A DNA stretch of 64,000 bases from Candidatus Bathyarchaeota archaeon (GTDB lineage Archaea; Thermoproteota; Bathyarchaeia; Bathyarchaeales; Bathycorpusculaceae). The stretch lies in NCBI GenBank assembly GCA_963770935.1, contig CAVYRJ010000003.1:1-64000 (forward strand), written 5' to 3'. Shown piece after piece: positions 38,968 through 50,407 of this stretch (its first letter is position 1; every line of letters begins with the position of its first letter). Made by a program: the position numbers and the translations under genes. The notes under the pieces are model-generated. The model ran no database searches. It was given only the letters and a program-made list of their open reading frames with translations, and was not told where the DNA came from.

Positions 38968-40218
38968 ATGAAGATAGCTGTTTTTGTCTACGAATATCCA
39001 CCTAAAATCGTCGGTGGACTTGGCACTTACGCCGCGGAGATCACACGCAAGTTTGTTCTAAACGATCATGATGTTACAGTTTTCACAATGAACGATGATG
39101 CTGGTTCTTTGCCGACTCGGGAGATTTGGCGTGGAATAGAAATCCACCGTCCACTCCATATAGACGTATCAGATTCGTTGCCAGACGTAATAGCAGAGGA
39201 CATACGAAAATGGGGTCGAGGGATCCACCTTTTCGGTAAGCTGATGGTTTACAATTATTTGTCAGCCGCAAAGCTGGTTAATGAACTTATAAAAAAAGAA
39301 GCCATGAAGTACGACTTGGTTGTGGCGCACGATTGGCTCTCAGCTATGGGTGGAATCACAGTTAAACGCGAAACGGGATTGCCCTTAGCTTTCCATGTTC
39401 ACTCAACTGAGAAAGGCAGAACATTAGGTAATGGCTCCAGCGTGGTAAGCAACATCGAGTTGAGGGCTGGCAACATGGCTGACATGGTTGTCACAGTCTC
39501 ATATGCCATGAAAGATGAATTGGTCCAGCTTGGTTTTCCCAGAGAAAAAATTCAAGTAAGCTACAACGGAGTGGACCCACAAAAATACAATCCACAAAAC
39601 GTATCCCCACAGAACATTCAGAAAATCCGAGCGAAATACGGCATCAAAGATGACGAGTTAATGATTTTATTCCTCGGACGCCTCGTCATGGTTAAGGGCG
39701 TTGATAAGTTAATTATGGCAATGCCGCACATCATATCCAAGATTCCTAAAGCTAAACTGGTCGTTGTCGGAGTCGGCGACCTACAGGAATACCTCACTAA
39801 TCTGACCCGAATGACAAAACTAGACGAGTATGTTAAGTTCTGCTTCGACTTCATCCCAGAAGAAGAACGTATACAACACTATGCAGCCTGCGACATAGCA
39901 GTTTTTCCAAGCTTCTATGAACCATTCGGCATAGTAGCAATCGAAGCCATGGCAATGGAGAAACCAGTCGTCGTCGGTGCTGCTGGAGTTAGCGGAATGC
40001 GGGAAATAGTGATTTGCTGCGGCGAAGAACAATGCGGTTACCATATAGATCCAAACAACCCCTCCGACATTGCATGGGGCGTAATTAGTGCATTGGAAAA
40101 TCCTGAAAAACGACGTATGCTTGGCAAGAATGGCAGAAAACGTGTTTTAGCAGAGTTCACATGGAACAAGATTGCCGAGAAAACCGTGGAGCTCTACGAA
40201 ACAATCGTTAAACGGTAA
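38968..40218 (+). CDS. GT4 glycosyltransferase (glycogen synthase-like)
   Basis: EYPPKIVGGLG, HDW, HSTE, PSFYEPFGIVAIEAMA. Confidence 0.9.
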   Translation: MKIAVFVYEYPPKIVGGLGTYAAEITRKFVLNDHDVTVFTMNDDAGSLPTREIWRGIEIHRPLHIDVSDSLPDVIAEDIRKWGRGIHLFGKLMVYNYLSAAKLVNELIKKEAMKYDLVVAHDWLSAMGGITVKRETGLPLAFHVHSTEKGRTLGNGSSVVSNIELRAGNMADMVVTVSYAMKDELVQLGFPREKIQVSYNGVDPQKYNPQNVSPQNIQKIRAKYGIKDDELMILFLGRLVMVKGVDKLIMAMPHIISKIPKAKLVVVGVGDLQEYLTNLTRMTKLDEYVKFCFDFIPEEERIQHYAACDIAVFPSFYEPFGIVAIEAMAMEKPVVVGAAGVSGMREIVICCGEEQCGYHIDPNNPSDIAWGVISALENPEKRRMLGKNGRKRVLAEFTWNKIAEKTVELYETIVKR

Positions 40219-40223
40219 ACCCT

Positions 40224-40839
40224 TTGCCCGACGACTATGATTTAAAGCATCGAGTCGCAAGGGAAGCCGCAACCCTTACTTTATTTTGGGGCAGAAAAAG
40301 AGTACAAACAAGCGAAAACAAAAGCTGCCCAAACATTCGGTGCTCATTTTTTACCCTCTAACCTTGAAATCGCCCTTGAGCTTGACAAGATAGCGGAAGA
40401 AAACGAGGGTGCAAAAAGAAAAGAGCGCTTAATTCAAATGCGCAAAGAGGCTTTGGAAGTGATGCGGCTTCTGGGAGGGTTTTGCCCAGTTTTGATTGGG
40501 AGCGTTTGGCGCGGAACCATTAAGCAAGGAAGCGACATCGACATCGCAGTTTACACCGATGAAACAGAAGAAATTCTGAGTGTTCTCAAGGCAGGAGGGG
40601 TAAGGGTTTTGAAGAAGGCTTGGACAACCGTGAACAAGCGTGGAGCAACCTTGGAGTCATTCCACATCTACGCTGAAACCACCTCTAAACATGGGCTTGA
40701 AATTGTGGCTCGAAGTCGAGAGGAAGCGGGTAAAAAAAGGAAATGCGAAACCTTCGGCGACGAACTTAAAGGCTTAAACATTAAGGAACTCGAAAAAGTC
40801 CTTGAAAGCAACCCAGCCCAACAGTTTATCCCTTCATAA
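40224..40839 (+). CDS. Nucleotidyltransferase-domain protein; +1 indel near 40274
   Basis: RVAREAAT|LLYFGAEKEYKQAK...LPSNLEI joins the 40438 ORF; LIGSVWRG...SDIDI. Confidence 0.8.
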
Positions 40840-40919
40840 TTCTCGCTGGAAAACTGGTTTTTTATCAAAAAAGAAAATAAATAACGCCTTCAAATATTAT
40901 TTTTGTACACTGATGCAAG

Positions 40920-41324
40920 ATGGCAATCGACAAAAAATCCATTAAGAAAATATTTCCACATCTCTACGAGGAACTCGAAACAGGAGAAGTCAAAGTTCCA
41001 ATTAATGCCGTGCGAAAAAGCCCGCTGGAAGCTGAAGAAGCTGCTGTTGGCGAAGAATGCGAAGACTGCACAGAAGAAGAGTTCACATCATGCCCAGAAA
41101 CGCCTGATAAACTGAGGCATTTTAACCCTTCCGCAGTAGATTTTATTCGCCGATGTGACACCGAAGCGCAAGCCGAGGAAATTATTGCTTACTTGCAAAA
41201 GAAGGGCGAAATAACCAAAGATAACGCTGAACAGATGCGGTGCCAACTGAAGAGGGATGGCGTAAGAAGCTTCGGTACCAAAAAAGAAGAAAACCACTAT
41301 TTTAGAGAAGGCGGCATCTACTAG
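40920..41324 (+). CDS. DUF2095-family protein
   Basis: FPHLYEEL, PSAVDFIRRCDTEAQAEEIIAYL, GVRSFG. Confidence 0.8.
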   Translation: MAIDKKSIKKIFPHLYEELETGEVKVPINAVRKSPLEAEEAAVGEECEDCTEEEFTSCPETPDKLRHFNPSAVDFIRRCDTEAQAEEIIAYLQKKGEITKDNAEQMRCQLKRDGVRSFGTKKEENHYFREGGIY

Positions 41325-41353
41325 AATGCTTGAGCTTAGTAATTATGGCAGAG

Positions 41354-42673
41354 CTATGGTGTTAGTCTAACTCTGTCTCTTGGGTAGAGAGTGACTTCTC
41401 GGATGTTCTTGTTTCCGGTTAGAATCATCGTTAACCTTTCGAGCCCCAGTCCCCATCCTGCGTGTGGTGGCATGCCGTAATCGTAGGCTTGCAGGTGGCA
41501 TTTGAACGATTCGGGATTCAAGCCCTTCTCTTGAAGCCTTTGGATTAGTTGGTCTTTTTGGGCGATTCTTGTTCCGCCAGAAACAAGTTCGATGTAGCGC
41601 CACATCAAATCGAAGCCTTCGCAAATTTCAGGGTTATCTTCGCGTGGCTTAATGTAGAAGGCTTTTGCGTGGGTAGGCCAATCTGTGATAAAGTAGAAAA
41701 ACGGGTAAAGCTTCCCTAAAACTCGAAAAGCCTCAGTTGGAATGTCTTCACCCCACGGAATCGTAACATCTTGTGCCTTGAGGTCCTCTAGGACTTGATC
41801 GTAAGTTAAACGCTTAAACGGAATTTCCGGAACCTCAAATTTGTACCCCAACACCGAAAGCTCATTGGCACACTTCTCTTTAACGACGGTGCAAGCATGG
41901 TGTATGACTTGTTCAAGAAGTCCCATGACATCCGTTGCGTTCATAAAAGCCGCTTCAATGTCAACCGATGTGAACTCACTAAGGTGCCTTCTGGTGTGAG
42001 ATTCTTCAGCACGGAAGAACGGCCCAACTTCAAACACCTTCTCAAAGCCCAAGGTCAATTCTTCTTTATAGAGCTGTGGGCTCTGCGCAAGGTAGGCTTT
42101 TTGACCAAAATAATCCACACTGAACAGTTCCGCTCCACCCTCCGTCGCAGAAGCAATGATTCTCGGAGTGTGGATCTCCAAAAATTTTTTCTCGAAGAGG
42201 AAGCTGCGGATTGCTTCAAGTGCTGTGTGCTGAACTTTGAATGTTGCTAAGCTGTGTTCTTGGCAAAGATCAAGCGGTCTTGCGTCTAATCGCGATTCAA
42301 TCAAAGCAGGAGTTTTGCCAGTAATGTCAATAGGCAACTGCGCAGTAGCTAAATTGAAAATTTTAATTGCCGTGGGAATTACTTCGATGCCTCTGGGAGT
42401 CATATTGGTTTTTTTAACATTTCCTTTAACGCCAAAACTAAACCTTTTCTGCAGCAGGTCAGATTTTTCTAAAACTTCCGGAGCAATTCTTTTTTTGGGG
42501 ATAGTTAATTGTATTGTTCCTTCGCGGTCTTGCAGTATAATGAAGCGGATTCCACCTAGGTCGCGGATGTCTTGGACCCAACCAAAAAGTGTGACTTCTT
42601 TGCCGTCAACATCGGGTGTTACTTGGCATGAATAGTGAGTTCTAATCCAGTCACCGATAGAGTCCAAGTTCAT
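41354..42673 (-). CDS. aspS: Archaeal aspartyl-tRNA synthetase (probably non-discriminating)
   Basis: GWVQDIRDLGG, ATEGGAELF, LAQSPQLYK, FRAE, YGMPPHAGWGLGLERL. Confidence 0.95.
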   Translation of the reverse strand: MNLDSIGDWIRTHYSCQVTPDVDGKEVTLFGWVQDIRDLGGIRFIILQDREGTIQLTIPKKRIAPEVLEKSDLLQKRFSFGVKGNVKKTNMTPRGIEVIPTAIKIFNLATAQLPIDITGKTPALIESRLDARPLDLCQEHSLATFKVQHTALEAIRSFLFEKKFLEIHTPRIIASATEGGAELFSVDYFGQKAYLAQSPQLYKEELTLGFEKVFEVGPFFRAEESHTRRHLSEFTSVDIEAAFMNATDVMGLLEQVIHHACTVVKEKCANELSVLGYKFEVPEIPFKRLTYDQVLEDLKAQDVTIPWGEDIPTEAFRVLGKLYPFFYFITDWPTHAKAFYIKPREDNPEICEGFDLMWRYIELVSGGTRIAQKDQLIQRLQEKGLNPESFKCHLQAYDYGMPPHAGWGLGLERLTMILTGNKNIREVTLYPRDRVRLTP

Positions 42674-42687
42674 GCTTTTTCGCCAAC

Positions 42688-43218
42688 CTAATCTGCAATT
42701 TCAACGCGTAGGGACATTTTACGTACTTTACTGGCGATTTCCTTCAAAGCTTTAAGGTCAAAGGGCAGCTGAGCACCGCGTTTCCTCTTGAGAATTACCC
42801 GTGTTTCGGTGGTTCCGTCTGGTAGCCAGATTGTGTTGATGGTCAGGATGCTGAAGGGTACAAAGAGGTCTTCAAGGAATTTTCGGTCGTCAACACCGTG
42901 CTCAAGTACGCGGACGTTTTTACCTGTTTCGTCACCGAGAGTTTTAACGATTTTTCCGCCGTAACCTAAAAGTTTAGGAACATCTCCATGTCCGACGAGG
43001 ATGGCTAAGGTTTTTTCAACCTCAACGGCCTTGTAGAAACAAACGTTTTGCAGGGATGGATACTTTTCTTCTAGGGAGAGCAGTATACGGGCGATTTTCA
43101 GGTCTATGTCGCTGATTTCGCCAGCTTTTACTTTGGCTGAACATTTTTGGCATAATATGCCACTTTTTAAGCAGAAACTGCATAGTTCTGTTTTCATTTG
43201 TGTGTCGTTTTCCTGCAA
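42688..43218 (-). CDS. NusA-like KH-domain protein with N-terminal Cys motif
   Basis: CSFCLKSGILCQKC; LLGYGGKIVK GxxG loop. Confidence 0.8.
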   Translation of the reverse strand: MQENDTQMKTELCSFCLKSGILCQKCSAKVKAGEISDIDLKIARILLSLEEKYPSLQNVCFYKAVEVEKTLAILVGHGDVPKLLGYGGKIVKTLGDETGKNVRVLEHGVDDRKFLEDLFVPFSILTINTIWLPDGTTETRVILKRKRGAQLPFDLKALKEIASKVRKMSLRVEIAD

Positions 43219-43244
43219 AGAAGGAGTTTAGCTTCAGCGTGATT

Positions 43245-43544
43245 TTATCTTGTCAGTGTTATTTCTATTGTGCTAACGTTAGTTGCGGTGTTGCCGTCTT
43301 CTTGGTCTTGTGGTAGGAATTGGTCTGTTCCGATGCTGATGCTTTTTATTTTTGCGTCTGGCAGGAATCTGTGTCTGACAACTTCGGCGACATCAATTGC
43401 TCGGCTGATGGATCTGCCGCGTGCTTTTATACTGACGTCTTTTGCTCCGCCGTGGAAGAATGTGATGCATGCGAGAACATAGTTCATTATTGGTTTTTTG
43501 CCGATTAAGACTGCGCTGGCGTTTTCTGTCACGTTCCGCTTCAC
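43245..43544 (-). CDS. albA: DNA/RNA-binding protein Alba
   Basis: [36 protein letters not shown]. Confidence 0.93.
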   Translation of the reverse strand: MKRNVTENASAVLIGKKPIMNYVLACITFFHGGAKDVSIKARGRSISRAIDVAEVVRHRFLPDAKIKSISIGTDQFLPQDQEDGNTATNVSTIEITLTR

Positions 43545-43912
43545 TCCTAGTTTACTTTTAAGTGGCTTGACTTAAGCTTTTTTTTAAAATAAATACGTTG
43601 TGGTGTTTGGTTTGAGTTGCTTGCAGGAAGCATTGGCTCGTTTTGATTATGTGTAAAGCAATTTTCCAGCAATAGTTTTGGCTATCTGCAGACAGAAAAA
43701 CAGCTACTTAGTATGTATAAGAAAATAAATTAGGATAATTCCTTTCAAATTTTCTAAAATAGAATTTATTTTACCCACCAATCACTCTGGTTACCCAGTT
43801 TTGAAACGCTTTATTGTTAGATAAAAAAATCACTCAAGCTTTTATAAGAGTCAGATTCTTAAGTGAGTATGCTACCTTATGTAAAGGTTTAACTTAACAA
43901 AACAACACAAAA

Positions 43913-44380
43913 GTGACCAATTTGGAGCCATTAACTAAACGTTCAATCCAACTCTTAAAAACCCTCTACGAGAAAGGCAAATCCACAAACACCTACACGC
44001 TAAGAGTAAAACAAGACGAATTATCAAGCCAGCTGGGCGTAAGTAGGCAAGCATTAAACGTGCACTTGCGTAAACTCAAAAACCGCGGTTACATTCGCAC
44101 AGGAAGAGGCTTCATCGACGTCACCGAAAAAGGCTTAAGCGCCCTTGGCGTATCCACAACACCAGCCTTCATACTCCTCAAAGTTTCCCCTGTAAAACGC
44201 ATCCACGTTTACGAGCAAATTCGTGAGCTTGCTGTTTCAAGAGCTTTCCGAATTGCCGGAGAAGTTGATGCGTTGATTATTGTTGAGCGCGAAAACCTTG
44301 ATGAAATATTAAAGAAGCTATACAGCATCGATGGAATAGAGGATACACGTTCTTATGTCACAATTGAGGTAATCAAATAG
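43913..44380 (+). CDS. Lrp/AsnC-family regulator
   Basis: QDELSSQLGVSRQALNVHL HTH; RIAGEVD, IDGIEDTRS. Confidence 0.85.
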   Translation: MTNLEPLTKRSIQLLKTLYEKGKSTNTYTLRVKQDELSSQLGVSRQALNVHLRKLKNRGYIRTGRGFIDVTEKGLSALGVSTTPAFILLKVSPVKRIHVYEQIRELAVSRAFRIAGEVDALIIVERENLDEILKKLYSIDGIEDTRSYVTIEVIK

Positions 44381-44389
44381 GCGCAGTTT

Positions 44390-45535
44390 TTGGATTTATT
44401 TGAGTTTGAAGCAAAAAAAGAATTCGCAAAGCATCGCATCCCAATTCCAAATGGCAAATTAGTCACCAGATATAGCCAAATAACAAAAGCAATCGCCGAG
44501 CTAAAGCCGCCTTATATGGTGAAAGCACAAGTTTTATCTGGCGGTAGAGGAAAGGCAGGCGGAATCATACCTACCGAATCAGTCAAAGAAGCAGAAGATG
44601 TTGTATCAAAACTTCTTGGAGCGCAAATATTGGGTTTGCGTGTTAAGCAGGTGCTGGTAGAAGAAAAGATTTCATCGAACAGAGAAATGTACGTCGGCAT
44701 CACTATTGACCGCTTCAATCGATGCTACGTTGTGCTTGCGTCCAAAACAGGTGGAGTGGACATTGAAGAAGTATCTGACAAAACTCCTCAGGCAATCTTT
44801 AGGACACAGATTGATTCAACCTTAGGTATCAGTTCTTTTGATTCCGCGGTAATCGCGAAACAGTTAGGTTACAGTGGAAACTTGCAAACAGAATTATCCG
44901 CGATTATCCAAAAACTCTATCGAATATTGAATGATAACGACGCTGAACTTGTTGAAATTAACCCCTTGGCTGAGACGCAGACAGGTTTTGTAGCATTAGA
45001 TGCCCGAATGGTAATCGATGATAACGCCATGTTTAGGCATCCAGAATACGTACAAAGAGAAGCCCAAGAGCTTTCACCTCAAGAGGTTTGCGCTCTACAA
45101 CATAATCTGGCTTACGTTAAACTCGATGGCGACATCGGGGTAATCGGCAATGGCGCTGGGTTAGTCATGGCTACGATTGATTTGCTGAACCTTTTTGGCG
45201 GCAAGCCAGCGGATTTTTTGGATTTAGGAGGCGGCGCTGCCATTGAAGCGATAACTGCAGCCTTACAGATTATTTTCTCCAATCCCAACATCGCTGTTGT
45301 GCTCATAAATGTGCTTGGCGGGATAACCCATTGTGACGACGTTGCAAGGGGCATCGTTGAAGCAGTGAACTTCGCTGAGGACAAAAAGCCGTTGGTTGTT
45401 AGGCTTGTAGGCACGAACCAGAAGGAAGGACGAAGAATTCTTGAGGAATCGGGAATAAGCGTCTTAGATAGCATGGAAGAAGCTGCAAGAAAAGCTGTTG
45501 AAATCGCCAAAGGAGATAGGCAAAAATGGGCATAA
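44390..45535 (+). CDS. sucC: Succinate-CoA ligase (ADP-forming) beta subunit
   Basis: VKAQVLSGGRGKAGG, EINPL, GNGAGLVMAT, FLDLGGG. Confidence 0.93.
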   Translation: MDLFEFEAKKEFAKHRIPIPNGKLVTRYSQITKAIAELKPPYMVKAQVLSGGRGKAGGIIPTESVKEAEDVVSKLLGAQILGLRVKQVLVEEKISSNREMYVGITIDRFNRCYVVLASKTGGVDIEEVSDKTPQAIFRTQIDSTLGISSFDSAVIAKQLGYSGNLQTELSAIIQKLYRILNDNDAELVEINPLAETQTGFVALDARMVIDDNAMFRHPEYVQREAQELSPQEVCALQHNLAYVKLDGDIGVIGNGAGLVMATIDLLNLFGGKPADFLDLGGGAAIEAITAALQIIFSNPNIAVVLINVLGGITHCDDVARGIVEAVNFAEDKKPLVVRLVGTNQKEGRRILEESGISVLDSMEEAARKAVEIAKGDRQKWA

Positions 45536-46401
45536 TCGTTAACGCTGATACTAAAGTGATAGTTCAAGGTATTACTGGGAAACAGGGCAGTTACCACTCA
45601 AAACTCATGCTCGATTACGGCACAAAAATCGTGGCTGGAGTAGTTCCCGGCAAAGGCGGTGAAAGAGTGCATGGTGTGCCAGTCTATGACACGGTAAAAG
45701 AAACAATCGAAGCGTATTCGCCTGACGCTTCCGTAATCTTTGTTCCGGCACCATTCGCCAAGGCTGCGGTTTTTGAAGCCATAAATAACCATCTCCAAAC
45801 TGTCGTGGTAGTCACCGAGCATCTGCCCATAAAAGACACCATAAGCATTATGGCGCAAGCCCACAGCGCGCAAGTCACTGTTATCGGTCCCAATTCGCCT
45901 GGAATAATCGTTCCTGACGAATGCAAACTGGGAATAATGCCTGCAGAAGTATTTTCACCGGGTAATATTGGCGTTGTTTCGCGAAGCGGCACTTTAACCT
46001 ACGAAATCGCTGAAAACTTGACACAAATGGGCTTTGGGCAATCCGCGTGTTTGGGAATTGGCGGTGACCCAGTTGTCGGGTTGAATTTCATCGATGCTTT
46101 AGAACTGTTCAAGGAGCATTCTGGGACAGACGCGGTGGTTTTAATTGGTGAAATCGGCGGCAACATCGAGGAGTTAACAGCTGACTATATAGATAGAAAG
46201 AATTATCCTAAGCCTGTAGTGGCCTATGTAGCTGGGCGCTTTGCACCATCTGGCAAACGGATGGGGCATGCAGGAGCAATAGTGATAGGTAAGAAGGAAA
46301 CTGCGGAAAGCAAGATTGAAGCCTTCAAGAATGCTGGCGTAAACGTGGCTGAGAAACCCAGCGATGTCGCTTCATTGTTGAAGAAGGCACTTCTGCATTA
46401 A
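45526..46401 (+). CDS. sucD: Succinate-CoA ligase alpha subunit
   Basis: VQGITG, IGPNSPG, SRSGTLTYE, GIGGDP, RMGHAGA. Confidence 0.95.
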   Translation: MGIIVNADTKVIVQGITGKQGSYHSKLMLDYGTKIVAGVVPGKGGERVHGVPVYDTVKETIEAYSPDASVIFVPAPFAKAAVFEAINNHLQTVVVVTEHLPIKDTISIMAQAHSAQVTVIGPNSPGIIVPDECKLGIMPAEVFSPGNIGVVSRSGTLTYEIAENLTQMGFGQSACLGIGGDPVVGLNFIDALELFKEHSGTDAVVLIGEIGGNIEELTADYIDRKNYPKPVVAYVAGRFAPSGKRMGHAGAIVIGKKETAESKIEAFKNAGVNVAEKPSDVASLLKKALLH

Positions 46402-46497
46402 ATGTGCTTTTTTCAGTTAATTGGGTTGGTTTAGACAAAAGGTATATTTGATACTTAACCATCAAAGAGTTAGCCAAAACGGAAGGTTTGCAATAAA

Positions 46498-46659
46498 ATG
46501 CCAATATTAGATCCAGTAAAAAAAGCCATAGCGCAAAAACACCGCTTGTACATGAAAATCTGCCGAGACTGTGGCTCACGCAACGCAGCAACTGCACTGA
46601 AATGCCGAAAGTGCAAGGGCAAGAACCTGCGCTGGAAGAAACGAGAAATAGTAAAGTAA
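46498..46659 (+). CDS. rpl40e: 50S ribosomal protein L40e (not in ORF track)
   Basis: MPILDPVKKAIAQKHRLYMKICRDCGSRNAATALKCRKCKGKNLRWKKREIVK. Confidence 0.93.
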   Translation: MPILDPVKKAIAQKHRLYMKICRDCGSRNAATALKCRKCKGKNLRWKKREIVK

Positions 46660-46817
46660 CCGCTTACTTTTCTTTTACTTTTGTTTTACCAAAATCGATC
46701 ACTACGTAAGTGCTTTTTCTATAGCCCCTTAATTGAAGGGAAAAACGGCTGAGTGAACGTCAGGTTAGTTGAAAAATTTGGTGTGTTAATGGAAAATAGT
46801 CTTTTTTATGTAATGGC

Positions 46818-47018
46818 TTATGCCGCCATTACTAGAACCCATTTAACAGAACCGCAAGTTCTGCATGGTGGAAAAGTCTCAGTTTTAGACAACGGTATGC
46901 GGGCTTTTTCTGCTTTGTCTTTGCAGAAATGCTCATACAATCCTGATGCTGGGCATTTCTCGCCGGTTCTGTAAGATTTTTTAGCAGATTTCTTAGTTGC
47001 AGCTTTTTTCTCAGGCAT
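46818..47018 (-). CDS. YjzC-like small Zn-ribbon protein
   Basis: YRTGEKCPASGLY...ETFPPC..CG..KWVL. Confidence 0.75.
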   Translation of the reverse strand: MPEKKAATKKSAKKSYRTGEKCPASGLYEHFCKDKAEKARIPLSKTETFPPCRTCGSVKWVLVMAA

Positions 47019-47105
47019 GAATATCAGACAAGTAGTCTCTTGGTGCGGCTGGCATTATAAGCTTTGTTAACAGTTAATTCATATAAGAAAATAATTAAAC
47101 AGTGC

Positions 47106-47720
47106 TTAGAGGACTTTCCGTAAAGTTTCCATGTTGAAAACAGTGCATGAACAGCCATTTTTTAATAAAGGAATACCTTGCCCTGTTATGTTCATGCCGC
47201 TGATGAGGGGACCCATAATTTTCATTTCTTCCCCACATGCCACTCCAACTATTCCTTCATATCGGCTGTTCTTTATAATTTTGGGTATACAGGAACCTCC
47301 AGGTAACAAATAAACGTCATAACCCTTCTTTCTGGCGTATTGGTCTGCCTTGTTTACCATGCAATCATCCGAACAATGCGCACAAGTATAACATGGAGTA
47401 TCTGGGTTGAAGGTTGCTTTGCACCGGCCATCCATATATTTGCGGGAGCAGTGTGGAAGGAAAATCGCTCTCTTCTTGGTTTGCAAAAACCTGCCCCTTT
47501 CCATACTGTTAATAGCTTGTAAATCAATCAAGTCCTGAAGCAAAGAAACAGCATCTGAAAGGTTAAGTCCTGTTGCTTCTTGAATTTTAAATTTAAGGAT
47601 TAAATCGTTAAGTGTCTTCAGGAAGCTTTTATGCATGCCCTTTTGGTAACTAATCATGGCAATTTCCGTGAAGAAGAAGCGAGGGACCTTTGAGATGTCG
47701 AAGGTGAATTTATAGGGCAT
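47106..47720 (-). CDS. DUF116-family protein
   Basis: FLPHC, CAHC..C, PGGS, GIVGVAC, IPLLKNGC. Confidence 0.85.
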   Translation of the reverse strand: MPYKFTFDISKVPRFFFTEIAMISYQKGMHKSFLKTLNDLILKFKIQEATGLNLSDAVSLLQDLIDLQAINSMERGRFLQTKKRAIFLPHCSRKYMDGRCKATFNPDTPCYTCAHCSDDCMVNKADQYARKKGYDVYLLPGGSCIPKIIKNSRYEGIVGVACGEEMKIMGPLISGMNITGQGIPLLKNGCSCTVFNMETLRKVL

Positions 47721-48085
47721 AACTTAGCATTAGCAACGTGCGTGCTTAAAAAAATTACTTATTCTAAATCAGGTTTTGCCTGCATTAATCTTTAACAGAT
47801 TTAGCCCTTATAAGGCTCTAATGGACATTAAATCTTCTCGCAACGGTTTTACCTCAGCTTCAAGGTCCTGACTCTTAATTCAATCCACCTTGAAGTTTTC
47901 AAGGTTGCTTTGCAGCCTAGACAATGAGGCAATTATCTCCCCTTCTGATGGAGATTAACAGGTTTTGATTAAGACCCCGCTGGATTTCGCGGAGTTCAAA
48001 AATTGACTCTTTTATCTTTGGCTCTTCTAAAAGCGTATCTGGATTAACCAGTGATAGAGCCCTTTACAAAAAAAGGATTGAGATG

Positions 48086-49060
48086 TTAGATACTTATTTG
48101 GAACATTAAGCGTTCAACGAGTTCTTTGTACCTGTTGCGAATAGTGACCTCTGTTACCTGGGCAATTTCAGCGATTTCCCTTTGAGTTTTGCGTTCACCA
48201 GTTAAAACGGATGCAACGTAGCTTGCAGCAGCTGCGATACCTGTCGGTCCTCTGCCTGATGTAAGTTTTAGTTCTTTGGCTGAGGCTAAGATTTTATGTG
48301 CAATTTCCTCGACTTTTCCCTGCATCGTTAGTTGGTTGGAGAACTTTGTTATGTATTGGCTCGGTCTTAGAGGCGGTATAGAGTAGTTTAGTTCTCTGAT
48401 TAGAAAACGGTAGCTTCGCCCAACTTCCTTCTTGTTAACCATCGATGACTGAGAGATTTCGTCTAGGGTGCGAGGTAAACCGCATTGTCGACACGCTAAA
48501 TAAATGGATGCGGAGGTGACTCCTTGAATTGACCTGCCTCGGATAAGGCGCTCTTTTACGGCTTTACGGTAAATAACTGAGGCGGTTTCAAGAATGTTCT
48601 TTGGAAGGTTTAGGTTATTGGAAATCTTTGTGATTTCAGAGAGGGCAAACGCTAAGTTCCGTTCTGTTGCATCTGAAACCCTAATGCGCCGTTGCCACTT
48701 TCGCAGGCGATAAACTTGCGCTTTCTGACCTGGTGAGAGACTTTTACCATAGATGTCTCGGTCATGCCAGTCGATTGTTGTTGACAGTCCTTTATCATGG
48801 ATTGTGTAAGTCAGGGGTGCCCCAACACGAGTTCGCTTCGACCTTTGCTCATCATCAAAAGCTCTCCACTCAGGTCCACGATCAGCTATTTTAGCCGCTA
48901 CAACGAAACCGCAGTCCATACATACGATTTCGGCACACTCATAATCGCGCATAAGGCGGGTGCTGCCACATTCGGGGCATGATTGAACTTTGGCCGGTTC
49001 TGCTTTTGGCACAGCTTGATCTTGATTTACAGGTTCATGTAACTTGCTAGCTCTACTCAT
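48086..49060 (-). CDS. tfb: Transcription initiation factor IIB
   Basis: CPECG Zn ribbon, GPEWRAF, HDKGLST, two cyclin repeats, [12 protein letters not shown]. Confidence 0.97.
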   Translation of the reverse strand: MSRASKLHEPVNQDQAVPKAEPAKVQSCPECGSTRLMRDYECAEIVCMDCGFVVAAKIADRGPEWRAFDDEQRSKRTRVGAPLTYTIHDKGLSTTIDWHDRDIYGKSLSPGQKAQVYRLRKWQRRIRVSDATERNLAFALSEITKISNNLNLPKNILETASVIYRKAVKERLIRGRSIQGVTSASIYLACRQCGLPRTLDEISQSSMVNKKEVGRSYRFLIRELNYSIPPLRPSQYITKFSNQLTMQGKVEEIAHKILASAKELKLTSGRGPTGIAAAASYVASVLTGERKTQREIAEIAQVTEVTIRNRYKELVERLMFQISI

Positions 49061-49315
49061 TCATCTTCTGCTCCCTTTTGTTTTCGAGAGAAGCAAGTAC
49101 ACTGGTTTATTCACTAGTTTCTCAGGTTCCTTAACTATTGATTTAATAACTGCATAAGGAGCTGAGACAGGGCCTATAATATCAAAAACTTTACCGACAA
49201 CAATTAAGTTCTCATCGACAACTTCTGAGCCCATTTTCGGTGGATTTTCTGCTTTTACCACCATGTTTCGCGATGGAGTTACATTTGAAACCTTGCCCAA
49301 TCGTTGCAGACGCAA
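49061..49315 (-). CDS. gar1: H/ACA RNP protein Gar1
   Basis: VGKVFDIIGPVSAPY; conserved position upstream of tfb. Confidence 0.88.
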   Translation of the reverse strand: MRLQRLGKVSNVTPSRNMVVKAENPPKMGSEVVDENLIVVGKVFDIIGPVSAPYAVIKSIVKEPEKLVNKPVYLLLSKTKGSRR

Positions 49316-49470
49316 TTCCCCTCTCGAAAAACATGTAGGAACCCGTAACAGTTTATATAAAGTTTTCTAAGTGCTTTATAAGCTGAAAGTACAAGTACAG
49401 CTTTTTGGAGCAGAAAGCTTCTTAAATAAGAAGTGTGGATAAGACTGTGCCTTAAAAGGGTGAGGCTAAT

Positions 49471-49851
49471 ATGTCTAAACCATTCTATGTAAAATATGAA
49501 GTCCCAAAAGAAATCGTAGATGCAGCCTATGAAGCCCTAACGATTGCTTCAAAATCAGGATCAGTTAGGAAAGGAACAAACGAGGCAACAAAAGCAGTTG
49601 AACGCTCACAAGCAAAACTAGTCGTAATCGCTGAAGATGTTGACCCACCAGAAGTCATAGCACACCTACCACTACTCTGCGACGAAAGAAAAATTCCATA
49701 CGTATTTGTCCCAAGCAAAGAACAACTTGGCAAATCCATCGGTATCGACGTTCCATGCGCAGCAGCCTGCATAATCAGAGAAGGAGAAGCAGCAGGGTTA
49801 CTCAAAGAAATCGTCACACGAATCGATCAGGTTAAACGAGGAACTCAGTAA
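49471..49851 (+). CDS. rpl7ae: Ribosomal protein L7Ae
   Basis: [31 protein letters not shown]. Confidence 0.96.
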   Translation: MSKPFYVKYEVPKEIVDAAYEALTIASKSGSVRKGTNEATKAVERSQAKLVVIAEDVDPPEVIAHLPLLCDERKIPYVFVPSKEQLGKSIGIDVPCAAACIIREGEAAGLLKEIVTRIDQVKRGTQ

Positions 49852-50069
49852 TGAGTAAAGAAGCAGCAGAAGAACTTATCCCATCCGAAGTCATACAAGT
49901 CATAGGTCGCACAGGCGTAACTGGAGAAATCACACAGGTCAGAGTCCGCATCATGGAAGGCAAAGACAAAGGCAGAATCATCACACGCAACGTCAAAGGA
50001 CCAGTAAGAGCGCAAGATATTCTGATGCTGCGAGAAACAGAAAGAGAAGCAAAGAAAATCACACGGTAA
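49851..50069 (+). CDS. rps28e: Ribosomal protein S28e
   Basis: [24 protein letters not shown]. Confidence 0.96.
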   Translation: MSKEAAEELIPSEVIQVIGRTGVTGEITQVRVRIMEGKDKGRIITRNVKGPVRAQDILMLRETEREAKKITR

Positions 50070-50090
50070 AAATAACCTGGAGAAATTGTC

Positions 50091-50288
50091 ATGCCAAAAC
50101 CTAGAAAATGTTCGTTCTGTGGTGCTGATTTCCCAGCTGGCACAGGCATGATGTTTGTTAAAAACGACGGCTCAATCCTTTGGTTCGATTCTAGCAAATG
50201 CAAGAAAAGCAGTTTATCTTTCAAACGTGACGCACGCAAACTAAAATGGACAAAATACTTCGGCAAAGAAGAAAAGGGCAAAGGGTAA
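50091..50288 (+). CDS. rpl24e: Ribosomal protein L24e
   Basis: [26 protein letters not shown]. Confidence 0.96.
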   Translation: MPKPRKCSFCGADFPAGTGMMFVKNDGSILWFDSSKCKKSSLSFKRDARKLKWTKYFGKEEKGKG

Positions 50289-50407
50289 ACCAGCAAGCAA
50301 TCTTCTACGTTTCAACCCATTTTTTCCTATTTTGTAAATTATGTATTCACTTTTCGACTGAAACCTTATCTTCTAGCATAGGCAATCTGAGTTTTAGGTC
50401 CTAAAAC

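Noticed and set aside
47760-48060. Degraded coiled-coil-like ORF remnant downstream of tfb
   Set aside because: Interrupted by a stop and a frameshift; no family recognisable.
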